Positions 37,660-47,208 of a stretch of DNA of 64,000 nt are shown one piece after another. Position numbers and translations under genes: made by a program. Under the pieces are notes generated by a model. It worked only from the letters and a program-made list of their open reading frames with translations, did not search any database and was not told the DNA's origin. This DNA is from an uncultured Gemmatimonadales bacterium (GTDB lineage: Bacteria; Gemmatimonadota; Gemmatimonadetes; Gemmatimonadales; GWC2-71-9). The DNA lies in the NCBI GenBank assembly GCA_963739455.1, contig CAVUAK010000001.1, positions 2,521,338-2,585,337 of the forward strand. The letters are read 5' to 3'. Every line of letters starts with the position of its first letter. The first letter of the stretch is position 1.

Positions 37660-37719
37660 GCGACAAAGATAGTGTTAGGTCACCCAACTCCTAACGCCCA
37701 ACGCCTAACGCCTAACGCC

Positions 37720-38145
37720 TTGCCCCCCATCTCCGAGACCCTGCATCGAGTGAATTACAGCGAAATCGACCAGATGGGCGTGGTCTACCATGCCCGCTAT
37801 CTCGTCTGGCTCGACGTCGCGCGCACTGAGCACCTGCGCCTGGCCGGCATGAGCTATCGGGAGCTGGAGGAGCGTGGATTCCGCATGGTCGTGGCCGAGC
37901 TGGGCGTGCGCTACCTCCGCGGCGCCCGCTATGATGACGAGGTCCGGGTGCGCTGCTGGGTGCGCGAGATCGCCTCCCGCAAGGTCGTCTTTGGCTACGC
38001 CCTGGATCGGGTGGCGGACGGCGAGTTGCTGGTAACCGCCACCACCACCATGTTCGTCCTCGACGCCTCCATGCGCCCAGCCCGGTTGCCCAACGATGTG
38101 GCCTCCTGGCTGGCAGTCACCCCCGACCCGGTCCGGATATCCTGA
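37720..38145 (+). CDS. Acyl-CoA thioesterase, YbgC/FadM family
   Basis: RVNYSEIDQMGVVYHARYL. Confidence 0.9.
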   Translation: MPPISETLHRVNYSEIDQMGVVYHARYLVWLDVARTEHLRLAGMSYRELEERGFRMVVAELGVRYLRGARYDDEVRVRCWVREIASRKVVFGYALDRVADGELLVTATTTMFVLDASMRPARLPNDVASWLAVTPDPVRIS

Positions 38146-40238
38146 TGCACCCGTCCTCCCCGCCATCCCCGCCCTCCCCGCCGCACCATCCGCGCGCGAA
38201 GGGCCGCCGGCGCCTGCTCGGGCTCATTGCTATCACTACAGGCGTTTTCGCGCCGGCGGGACTGAGCGCGCAGGATGGTGCAAGCGTCGAAGCCCTCGCT
38301 CCCGTCCTTGCCGCCCAGGACGCTCGCCAGTGGAATGACGCCGTGCTCCGTCGCGGCATCACCTTCGCCGACACCGTCGTCCGCTCCCGGACCGCGCTCG
38401 CCATCGGTCGTATCGGGGACCCGCAGGGACTTCCGCTCCTGGTCGACCTGCTCGACGATCCCGAGGCCAACGTCCGCCCCTCCGCCGCGTTTGCCATGGG
38501 CCTGATGCGCGACACCAATGCCGTCGCCCCGCTCATCACGGCGCTGACGACGGCACCCGGTCAGGACCTCGTCACTACTCGTGAGATCATCACCGCGCTC
38601 ACGCGTATCGGTGGCCGCGATGCCGCTGAGTTCATTGCCGATATCCTGGCTGGTCGCGCCGCGATCATCACTGTCGACACCCTGCTCGCCGTGCGCCACG
38701 CCGTCTTCGAGTCCTGGCGCCTGGGGCCGGACGCCCCGATCAAGGAAATCGTCCCCTACGTTTCCGACAGTAGCGGTGACGCTCGCTGGCGGGCCATCTA
38801 CGCGGTGGGACGCCTCAGCAAGGCCGCTCGGCCCGCTGGTGTCTCCGTCACCCGCGGCCTCTCTGACAAGATGCCCCTGGTGCGCAGCATGGCCGCGCGC
38901 ACCCTCACCAAGACCTGGATCGACTACGCCGGCCTCGACGTCATCGCCACCGCCGACCTCCTCGCCCGCGACCTCAGCGATGACGATCCCGCCGTGCGGA
39001 CCTACGCGCTCCGCTCGCTTGCCAGCCTCAAGGTGTCCCAGTACTCCGGCAAGGTCATTCCCCTGCTGAGCGACCCGCTTCCCAACGTCGCGATCGAGGC
39101 GGTCACCACACTCGGCGTGTTCGGTGGGCACAAGGCGGTCGAGGCACTGGTGCAGACCCTCGACACGAAGAAGGGCTTCGCCATGCGGCGCGAGGCCCTC
39201 CTCGCACTCGCCCGCGCCGACCCGAAGGCGCTGCAGCAGGCATTGCCCCCGTTCGCCACCGCGAACGACTGGCGCGAGCGCGCCGTCGCCGCGGAGGCCG
39301 CAGCCATCGCGTCGCCCGCCGATGGGGCGCTGCCATTCCTCACCGATACCGACCCGCGTGTAGTGGCGGCAGCACTCCAGGCCTGGAATGCCTATGCCCC
39401 GGCCGAGGACACTAGCATCGTGGCGAAGGCTCGGCCGCTGCTCCAGGACAGTGACTTCATGGTGCGCGCCGCGGCGGCGCAGGCGCTGCTGCGGACGGCC
39501 AATCCCGCGGACGCACCCGCGCTCACCATGATGTACCGGCAGGCCCAGGCCGATTCCACCACCGACGCCGCCCTTGCCGCACTCGATGCCCTCGTGGCCA
39601 TCACCAACGGGTCCGGCCCCGGCCGCTCCACCGTTCAGGCCGACTTCATCAAGGCATTCCCCAGCCAGCCCAACTATCAGCTGCGCGCCTGGGCGGAAGA
39701 CAACTGGCCCGCCGTCGCCGCCGTCTGGGGACCCGTCGCACCCATCAACACCGGCCGGACGCCACAGGACTACCGCGACATCGTCCGGCGCTTCGTGCTG
39801 CCCATGAGCCCCGACCGCCTCCCGCACGTCTTCATTGAGGTGGACCAGAAGGGCACCATCGAGCTCGAGCTCTTCGCCTCCGATGCGCCCCTGACCGTCG
39901 CCAACTACCTCCGCCTCGTCCAGGCCCGCTTCTTCGACCAGAAGCGCTTTCACCGGGTCGTTCCCAACTTCGCCATCATGGACGGCGACCCCCGCGGCGA
40001 CGGTAACGGTGGCCCCGCCTACGCCATCCGCGACGAGATCAACATGAATCGCTACATGACGGCCACCATCGGCATGTCGCTCTCTGGTCCCGACACCGGC
40101 GGCTCCCAGTGGTTCATCAACCTCACCCCGCAGCCACACCTCGACGGCACCTACACCGCGTTCGGGCGCATGGTGAACGGACAGGGCACGCTCCAGCGCG
40201 TTGTGCAGGGCGACTTGATCCGTTCCGTGCATCAGTGA
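38145..40238 (+). CDS. HEAT-repeat protein with C-terminal cyclophilin PPIase
   Basis: HEAT repeats; APLTVANY, FHRVVPNF, DTGGSQWFI and HLDGTYTAFG motifs. Confidence 0.92.
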   Translation: MHPSSPPSPPSPPHHPRAKGRRRLLGLIAITTGVFAPAGLSAQDGASVEALAPVLAAQDARQWNDAVLRRGITFADTVVRSRTALAIGRIGDPQGLPLLVDLLDDPEANVRPSAAFAMGLMRDTNAVAPLITALTTAPGQDLVTTREIITALTRIGGRDAAEFIADILAGRAAIITVDTLLAVRHAVFESWRLGPDAPIKEIVPYVSDSSGDARWRAIYAVGRLSKAARPAGVSVTRGLSDKMPLVRSMAARTLTKTWIDYAGLDVIATADLLARDLSDDDPAVRTYALRSLASLKVSQYSGKVIPLLSDPLPNVAIEAVTTLGVFGGHKAVEALVQTLDTKKGFAMRREALLALARADPKALQQALPPFATANDWRERAVAAEAAAIASPADGALPFLTDTDPRVVAAALQAWNAYAPAEDTSIVAKARPLLQDSDFMVRAAAAQALLRTANPADAPALTMMYRQAQADSTTDAALAALDALVAITNGSGPGRSTVQADFIKAFPSQPNYQLRAWAEDNWPAVAAVWGPVAPINTGRTPQDYRDIVRRFVLPMSPDRLPHVFIEVDQKGTIELELFASDAPLTVANYLRLVQARFFDQKRFHRVVPNFAIMDGDPRGDGNGGPAYAIRDEINMNRYMTATIGMSLSGPDTGGSQWFINLTPQPHLDGTYTAFGRMVNGQGTLQRVVQGDLIRSVHQ

Positions 40239-40354
40239 TGGGTCGTCAGTCGTCAGTCGTCAGTCGTCAGAAAGTCGTCAGTCGACTGCCGACTGACTGC
40301 CGACGGCCGACTGCCGACTGCCGGCACTCAGTCACACGCGTTGGCCCATAAATC

Positions 40355-41080
40355 ATGCTCCCACAACGGTTTCCGCTTGACCGCCTCGCCCTCCTTCTCT
40401 ATCTTGCCGTCATTGTCGGCGGCTGTGCCGGCAGTGGGGTGGGCAAGGTGGCGCCGTCAGTGCTTCCGGTCGGCATGGCTCCAGCCACTGCGGAGCAGGT
40501 CGCCGGTTACGTGGCGGCCAATGCGCCGAACGGCAATCGCCACCTCAAGTTCAAGTTCAAGTTCAAGGATCCGAAGGGAAAGGTCGGTGGGCGCGGCGCT
40601 GCACGCATCGCCAGCCCTGATTCCCTGCGGCTCGACATGCAGGGCCCCTTCGGTCTGGGGAAGGGCGCGGCCATGGTCGTCAACGACTCCACCGAGTGGG
40701 TGCGCGGTCCCGACGCCATCAAGCGCATCGTCCCCGACTTCAGGCTCATGTGGAGCATGCTCGGCTTTACCCGCCCGCCACCCGAGGGGGCTGTGCTGGC
40801 GGCGTCGCAGTCGGGAGACGTCACCGCCTGGTCGTACGCCACCGGGGCAGACACCGTGGAGTACGTGCGCACCGGCGGCGCTACCCCGAGCCTCGTGGCA
40901 CTGGTGCGGAAGGACGGCGCGGTGCTGGGCCGGAGCGAAACCACTTTTGGTCCCGATGGCGCCCCGCTCAAGGCGCAGTTGATCGTCCCGGGCACGTCCG
41001 CCCGGCTCGACCTTACCTTCACGGAAAGCACTGCTCCTGCGACCTTCAAGCCCGATACGTGGGTTCGCGGCGAGTCTTAG
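40355..41080 (+). CDS. Putative lipoprotein
   Basis: VGGC lipobox; PDSLRLD motif. Confidence 0.75.
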   Translation: MLPQRFPLDRLALLLYLAVIVGGCAGSGVGKVAPSVLPVGMAPATAEQVAGYVAANAPNGNRHLKFKFKFKDPKGKVGGRGAARIASPDSLRLDMQGPFGLGKGAAMVVNDSTEWVRGPDAIKRIVPDFRLMWSMLGFTRPPPEGAVLAASQSGDVTAWSYATGADTVEYVRTGGATPSLVALVRKDGAVLGRSETTFGPDGAPLKAQLIVPGTSARLDLTFTESTAPATFKPDTWVRGES

Positions 41081-41552
41081 CCTTCTGGCGCTGGTGGGAT
41101 GCTACGGATTCGCCGGCGGAGGGCTCCCCCCGGGAATCAAGACGGTGGCCGTCATTCCGTTCGACAACCTGACGTCCGAGCCGGCACTGCAGAACCAGGT
41201 CTACGAGGCGGTGCGCGAGGCGGTCACCAACCGCCTTGGTTTGCTCGAGGCCTCGGAGTCGCAGGCCGATGCCGTGGTCCGCGGTACCATTACGCGGTAC
41301 GAGCCCGATCTCCCGGTCGCATTTCAGGGGAACGACAACCCGCAGGATCGCACCGTCGTCGTTACTCGGCGCCTGGTTCAGTTGACGGTGAATGTGGAGA
41401 TCATCAATCAGCACACGGAAAAGCCCCTCTGGCAGCGACAGGGCCTGACCACCGAGGGTGATTATGATCCGGGCAATGAACTTGCTGGCCGTGCGAGGGC
41501 GTTGGATCGACTCACGGTGAATATCGTCGAGGGAGCGCAGTCGCAATGGTGA
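41031..41552 (+). CDS. lptE: LPS-assembly lipoprotein LptE-like
   Basis: LVGC-YGF lipobox, IKTVAVIPFDNLT, ADAVVRGTITRY; start uncertain. Confidence 0.75.
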   Translation: MLLRPSSPIRGFAASLSLLALVGCYGFAGGGLPPGIKTVAVIPFDNLTSEPALQNQVYEAVREAVTNRLGLLEASESQADAVVRGTITRYEPDLPVAFQGNDNPQDRTVVVTRRLVQLTVNVEIINQHTEKPLWQRQGLTTEGDYDPGNELAGRARALDRLTVNIVEGAQSQW

Positions 41553-41911
41553 CGCTGCTCAGGAACCGTCGTGGTGCCGGCACTCTCGGGTGCCTTTTCT
41601 CCCTGCTGATCTTCGCGGGCATGCTCTACTACGGCTATCACGTGGGGCAGGTCTACTGGAAGTTCTACCAGCTCCAGGACGCCATGAAGTCGCAGGCCCG
41701 GCTCGCACCGAGCCTCGCCGACGACGTCATTCGCCGGCGGCTCAACGAGAGCGCCGACGACATCTACCCCGACGTGAAGTTCAAGTTCAACATTACGCGC
41801 GGCGGACGGCCCCGGAAGATCATCATCGTCACCGAGTACGCCGACAGCGTCGACCTTCCGCTCCTCAAGCACACCTTCCCCCTGACGGCCCGGGCCGAAG
41901 AGGGCATCTGA
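41546..41911 (+). CDS. Hypothetical protein with pilin-like N-terminal TM
   Basis: [16 protein letters not shown]. Confidence 0.7.
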   Translation: MVTLLRNRRGAGTLGCLFSLLIFAGMLYYGYHVGQVYWKFYQLQDAMKSQARLAPSLADDVIRRRLNESADDIYPDVKFKFNITRGGRPRKIIIVTEYADSVDLPLLKHTFPLTARAEEGI

Positions 41912-41939
41912 CCTCGCCCGGTGGGCACCGGGGATCGCA

Positions 41940-42416
41940 ATGGATACTGCCGTAAAGCAGATGACCCGCTCCGAGGCCCGTGCGTGGCGCGAAGCGCAGC
42001 AGGGTCCCGTCGTCTTCACCAATGGCGTCTTCGATCTGCTCCATCCCGGTCACGTTACCCTGCTCGAGACGGCACGCGCCCTGGGCAATGCGCTCATCGT
42101 CGGCCTCAACACCGACGCGTCCGTGCGCCGCCTGGGGAAGGGAAGCGATCGCCCCGTCAATGCCGAGGGCGCCCGCGCCCGGTTGCTCGCCGGCCTTGCC
42201 GCGGTGGACGTAGTGGTGCTGTTCGATGAGGACACCCCGCGCGACCTGGTCGTCGAACTCGCCCCCGACGTCCTGGTGAAGGGTGCCGACTATCCCCGCG
42301 AGCACATTGTCGGCGCCGACTTCGTGGAGGCCCGCGGCGGCCGCGTGGTTCGCGTCCCGATCATTCCTGGCTATTCAACCACCCAACTGCTGGAGCGTGT
42401 GCGTGCCTCGTCCTGA
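41940..42416 (+). CDS. rfaE2: D-glycero-beta-D-manno-heptose 1-phosphate adenylyltransferase
   Basis: [33 protein letters not shown] and GYSTT motifs. Confidence 0.92.
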   Translation: MDTAVKQMTRSEARAWREAQQGPVVFTNGVFDLLHPGHVTLLETARALGNALIVGLNTDASVRRLGKGSDRPVNAEGARARLLAGLAAVDVVVLFDEDTPRDLVVELAPDVLVKGADYPREHIVGADFVEARGGRVVRVPIIPGYSTTQLLERVRASS

Positions 42417-43113
42417 TGGCCGGTCGAACAATCAGCTGCGTCCCGTCGCCCTCGAGCGGGGAGCCAATCCCTACGCTGAGGGCTCCTGCCTCATTCGCAT
42501 GGGCGGTACCCTCGTCCATTGCACCGCGTCCGTGGAAACCGGCGCACCGCCGCACAAGCGCGGCTCCGGCGAGGGTTGGGTGACAGCCGAGTACTCCATG
42601 CTTCCCCGTGCCACCGTCGAGCGCACCAGCCGTGAGCGCCAGGGCCCCGGGGGGCGCACCCAGGAAATCCAGCGCCTCATCGGGCGTTCCCTGCGCGCGG
42701 CCATGGGCACCTTCGCCTTCGGCGAGTTCACCATCAAGGTCGACTGTGACGTGCTCCAGGCCGACGGCGGCACCCGCACCGCGAGCATCACCGGTGGCTG
42801 CGTCGCCCTCGCCGATGCCTGCGCCTGGCTCGCCGCTCGGCACTCGGTCGCCAATCCGTTCGGTACCCTGGTCGCTGCCGTTTCCGTTGGTATTTGTGAG
42901 GGAGAGCCGAGACTCGATCTCGCCTACCTCGAGGACCGTGACGCCGGCGTCGACGCCAATGTCGTCCTCCTCGAGCCCAATCGCTTCGTGGAACTTCAGG
43001 GCACCGCCGAGCACGGTAGCTTCTCCCGCGCCGAGCTCGACCTGCTTCTTGGCCACGCCGAGCGCGGCATTACCGAGTTGTTCGGCGCGCAGCGCAAGGC
43101 TCTCGGCTGGTGA
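42403..43113 (+). CDS. rph: Ribonuclease PH
   Basis: [26 protein letters not shown] and [16 protein letters not shown] motifs. Confidence 0.97.
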   Translation: MPRPDGRSNNQLRPVALERGANPYAEGSCLIRMGGTLVHCTASVETGAPPHKRGSGEGWVTAEYSMLPRATVERTSRERQGPGGRTQEIQRLIGRSLRAAMGTFAFGEFTIKVDCDVLQADGGTRTASITGGCVALADACAWLAARHSVANPFGTLVAAVSVGICEGEPRLDLAYLEDRDAGVDANVVLLEPNRFVELQGTAEHGSFSRAELDLLLGHAERGITELFGAQRKALGW

Positions 43114-43732
43114 GGCTCCTCGCCGCCACCCGCAGCAAGGGCAAGCAGGTCGAGTTCCGCCGCTTGCTCGAAGCCGCGGGACATGAAGTGATTTTTCCTG
43201 ACGACGCCGGAATTCCCCTTCGCGAGGAACTGGAAGACGGGCTCGAGGTCGAATCGTCGTTTGAGGGGAATGCGCGACGGAAGGCGGAATACTTCGCGAA
43301 GCTGAGCGGCATGCCCGTCATCGCCGATGACTCGGGACTCGAGGTCATCTCGCTCGGCGGTGCCCCTGGCGTGCGCTCCAAGCGCTGGTCGGGTGTTGAT
43401 GGTACTGAGGCCGAGGTCACCGCAGCCAACAACGCCGAGTTGCTCCGCCGTCTCGCCGGCGCGCCCGCCACGAAGCGCACCGCACGCTACCGCTGTGTCA
43501 TTGTCTATCTCGCCTCCCCCACCGCGGCGCCACTGTATTCGAGGGAACCTGCCCCGGAAGGATTCTCGAGGAAGCCGATGGCGAAGGTGGTTTCGGCTAC
43601 GACCCGTTGTTTCTCAGTGCGGAACTCGGCAAGTCCTTCGGCTCTGCCTCCCCAGAAGAGAAGGATGCCATCAGCCACCGCGGCAAGGCCCTGCAAGCGT
43701 TCATTGGTTCCCTCCTAACGCCCAACGCCTAA
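43110..43732 (+). CDS. rdgB: Non-canonical purine NTP pyrophosphatase (one frameshift near 43537)
   Basis: ADDSGL and GAPGVRS; GGFGYDP and SHRGKA in the shifted frame. Confidence 0.92.
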
Positions 43733-43804
43733 CGCCTGCCCCCTCACCCCTCACGCTGTTTCAGTTCCTCCTCACGCAGTCGCGGTTCCTCCTCACGCTG
43801 TTCC

Positions 43805-45287
43805 TCACAACGGATACGACAGCGTTCTACCGAGGACCGTCACCAGAATCATGACCACCGGGAAAAGGACCACAAATACAGTGAAGGTCACCCCCATCAC
43901 GTCCCTCGCCCTGAGTCCCAGCAGCGCCAGCACCGGCAGCATCCAGAACGGCTGCACCAGGTTCGCCAGTGCCTCACCCAGGTCATAGACCGCGACGGTC
44001 CATCCCAGGTGCACCTGCAGGTTGTGCGCGGCCTGCATGACGTACGGTGCCTCCAGCACCCACTTGGAGCCGCCCGACGGCACGAACACGCCCAGCAGTG
44101 CGCTGTAGGCCGCAATCAGGGCAGGGAAGGTGGCCTGCGTGGCGACGGCGGTGAACGCTCCTGCGATCTTCGCATTCAGGTGCGTATCGGTGATGATCGT
44201 CGCGATCGCGCCATAAAACGGGAATTGAAGAATGACGCCCCACGTCGGCGGCACCGCGTCCCGGAACGCCCGCATCAGCCGCGCTGGCGTCTTGTGCAGT
44301 GCGAACCCCAGGGTGAGGAAGAAGAGGTTCAGCCGGTCCAGCGTGATGGCACTGGTGATGCTCGTCGCATCCCGCACCGACAGCAGCAGGTACGCCCCAG
44401 CCAGCACCACCACGATTGCGTTGACCCACCACTGATGCTCCAGCCACTCCCCCGGAGTCCGTATTGCTGGGAGCACCCCCTCACCCCTCACCCCTGACCC
44501 CTCACCGACATCAATCCCAAGCTGGCTCGCCGTCCTGATCCTGTTCCCGGTCGGAACAATCATCCCGATAAGGACCGCGACAACAACGATCTCGATCCCA
44601 ACGGATATCAAGGACTGCCACAGAAAAATCGTATGCGTCAGTGGAATAATCCCGTCCGCCAGTCCCGTCATCCCCGCCGTGCCCCGCCGTCCCCGCCGTC
44701 CCCGCCCTCCCCGCCGCCCCACCACCCGCTACTATCTCCCGGATCCCATCCGGCAGCATCCCCGGCGTCGCCATCTGTAGTGCCGCCGACCCGCTCAGTC
44801 CCTGTGCCCACACGCTTCCGAGACCGAGCAGCGAGCACGCCGCCAGCGTCCGGTAATCCACCGACGGGAGCCGCCGCGCCACTGCCCGCACCAGCACCGC
44901 CGAGAACACCAGGCTGAATCCCCAGTTGAACCACGACGTCACCATCGAAATCACCGCGACGAACACCACCGCCGAACGATTGCTCTGCGGAATACCCGCG
45001 ATCCGGTCGATGAACCGCTGCACCGGTGCCGCCGTCGCCACCACCGTACCGGTGATCACGATCAGCGCCATCTGCATCGTGAACGGGATCAGCGACCAGA
45101 ATCCCTTCCCCCACGCCATCGCGATCCCACGCGGGCTGGCGCCACCCGCCGTGAGCCCCGCGATCACCACCACCACCGTCGCCATCAGGGCGAAGATGAA
45201 CGCGTCCGGCAGCCACCGTTCGCTCAGGTCCGTGAACCTGAGCGCGACCCGCTCGAGCGGTCGTGGTCGGTCGCCGTCAGTTGTCAT
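43805..45287 (-). CDS. atoE: Short-chain fatty acid transporter (AtoE family), frameshift inside a 9-mer repeat
   Basis: ERWLPDAFIFA, FTMQM, ILQFPFY, FVPSGGSKW and NLVQPFWMLP motifs. Confidence 0.88.
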
Positions 45288-46233
45288 GGTGGTGCGCCGG
45301 CACGGCGGCGCCGGCCGGGGGCATCCAGTCATCGTTCACGCGCGCCACCATGATCCCCCACTGGCTGGTGATCGTCTTGATCCGCTCGGCGAGGGGCAGG
45401 GGAGAGATCTCCACCGGGGATCCGGTGAGTGGTGCATGCATCAGGTGCAGCTCACCGTCCTTCCAGATAGCAAACCCCGTGTGCGAGACGTCGAGGCCCG
45501 CTACCGTGCTCGCGGCGGCGATGATGTCTCCATCTCGGATGCCATTCACCACGCCGCCGATCGCATCCTTGGGAATGACGTAGCGCGTCTCCCCGGCGTT
45601 GAGCCGGCTCTCTGCCTGCTGGATGGTGATGAGGGTGCTGCTGTCCTGCAGGGCGGGATATGACGCGGCGTGGCCCGTCATGAAAGTGATCGGTCGCAGG
45701 TCGGGCACCCCGCCCAGCTGCGCGGTGATGACGGTGATGTGCCCCGCGCCCGCATTGGTGGCGAGCCAGTCCGAGAAGTAGTGCAGCCGGCTGGCATAGC
45801 CGGCGATGGTGCCCGCCCGGTAGCGGATATCGCGCAGGTAACCTTCATACTTCGCCCGGGCGGCAAGCGAGTCGCCCAGCGCCGCCACGCCGTCCTGCCG
45901 CGCGAACTTCGTCAGTGCGAGCACCGTCTCCACGAACGTCACGCAGTCGAGCTCATGCAGGTTGACGATGAGGTGCTCCGGCCCCGGCGCCTCCAGCGTG
46001 GCTGCCCTGTAGGGCGTGCCCACGAAGCTCTCTCCCATGAGTACGATGGCGTCACCGGCCGGGATCGTCTCCAGTCCCTGTGCAACCGCCCACCGCACTT
46101 TCTCCTGGAAAAGTTTCCAGTCCTCTGCACTCCACACCGTGGCGGTACTGTCGGGAAGGCTGGTAGCCGAAGCGCCCTGTGCTGTGAGCATCATGCACAG
46201 GAAGACGGCAAGGAAGTGGCGGCGAGTCGTCAC
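45277..46233 (-). CDS. DUF1460 / AmiA-like amidase
   Basis: FVGTPY, LDCVTFVE, RLHYFSDW, GLDVSHTG and MHA motifs. Confidence 0.85.
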   Translation of the reverse strand: MTTRRHFLAVFLCMMLTAQGASATSLPDSTATVWSAEDWKLFQEKVRWAVAQGLETIPAGDAIVLMGESFVGTPYRAATLEAPGPEHLIVNLHELDCVTFVETVLALTKFARQDGVAALGDSLAARAKYEGYLRDIRYRAGTIAGYASRLHYFSDWLATNAGAGHITVITAQLGGVPDLRPITFMTGHAASYPALQDSSTLITIQQAESRLNAGETRYVIPKDAIGGVVNGIRDGDIIAAASTVAGLDVSHTGFAIWKDGELHLMHAPLTGSPVEISPLPLAERIKTITSQWGIMVARVNDDWMPPAGAAVPAHHHDN

Positions 46234-46307
46234 CGCACTAACTTAACGCACGAGCGCGCTGACGACTCACTGCCGACTGCCGACTGACGACTGACAACGA
46301 TCATCCA

Positions 46308-46691
46308 ATGAGCACCGTTCCCGTCACACTCGTTTCATGGTCCGGCGGCCCCACCACCGCCGCCACCGCCAGCGTCACCCAGTCCACTCTGGGCGCGCGC
46401 GCCTTCTCCGCCGTCAAGACCATCGGACTCGGCCTTGTCGTGGCCGTCGTGCTCCTGCCGGTGCCGGTCATTCACCTCGCCGGCATCGGGTTCCTCATAG
46501 CCTGTATCGGCCTGGCCACCTGGCAGCTCCGCCCCGGTCCCCGCGTCCGCACCGTCGAGGGACCCTGTCCCCATTGCGGGCACGTGCAGCGCTACTGGCT
46601 CGGCCTCAACGTGGGACCGATGCACCTGCCGAAGGACACTTCCTGCGAGAAGTGCGCGAAGACACTGACCATCGCGGAGGAGGGAACGTGA
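46308..46691 (+). CDS. 2-TM protein with Zn-ribbon
   Basis: CPHC and CEKC motifs. Confidence 0.75.
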   Translation: MSTVPVTLVSWSGGPTTAATASVTQSTLGARAFSAVKTIGLGLVVAVVLLPVPVIHLAGIGFLIACIGLATWQLRPGPRVRTVEGPCPHCGHVQRYWLGLNVGPMHLPKDTSCEKCAKTLTIAEEGT

Positions 46692-47059
46692 GGGCCCCAT
46701 GGCTGCTGGTGCTGGGACTCTGTGCCTGTGGTGTGGATCCGGCGCCGCCCGACCTGCCTCCCGGACTGCTCTACGGCACCTATCACGTCGTGCTGTATAC
46801 CATGTCCAACTGCGAGCAGTTGTCCGTCACCATGAGCGGGGCGTGGTCCGGCTGCAGTCTCGGGGGCACCACCGTCCAGACCAGTCCGGAGCGAATCGAA
46901 CTGCGCAACGAGGGCGGATACGCAGAGTTCATCTTCAGCGGCTTCTCGGGCTCCCCTGAGGCGGCACGCGCACCGGTGCAGGGCTTGTGCATTCCGGTTT
47001 CCGGGGGCGCCTGCCGGCGGGAGGGCGGCTCCTCCAGCTGGACGCAGGAGAGCTTCTAG
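46688..47059 (+). CDS. Putative lipoprotein
   Basis: LCAC lipobox; GTGA overlap with the upstream gene. Confidence 0.7.
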   Translation: MRAPWLLVLGLCACGVDPAPPDLPPGLLYGTYHVVLYTMSNCEQLSVTMSGAWSGCSLGGTTVQTSPERIELRNEGGYAEFIFSGFSGSPEAARAPVQGLCIPVSGGACRREGGSSSWTQESF

Positions 47060-47208
47060 CGATTCCAGCGACAATCGTGAAGGAACCTGCAGGATTCCTT
47101 CATGTCCCGATTATGCCATAGGTAGCATGGTCCTCATGGCCCACGAGCCACAGGATTTCTTGTGGGTCTTCAAGCCGTTGAGCCCAGGCGCCGAAAGGGA
47201 GGGGCCTC

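Noticed and set aside
37687..43736. GCCTAAC heptamers as additional attC/attI cores
   Set aside because: They are units of a tandem CCTAACG microsatellite with no L boxes or hairpin
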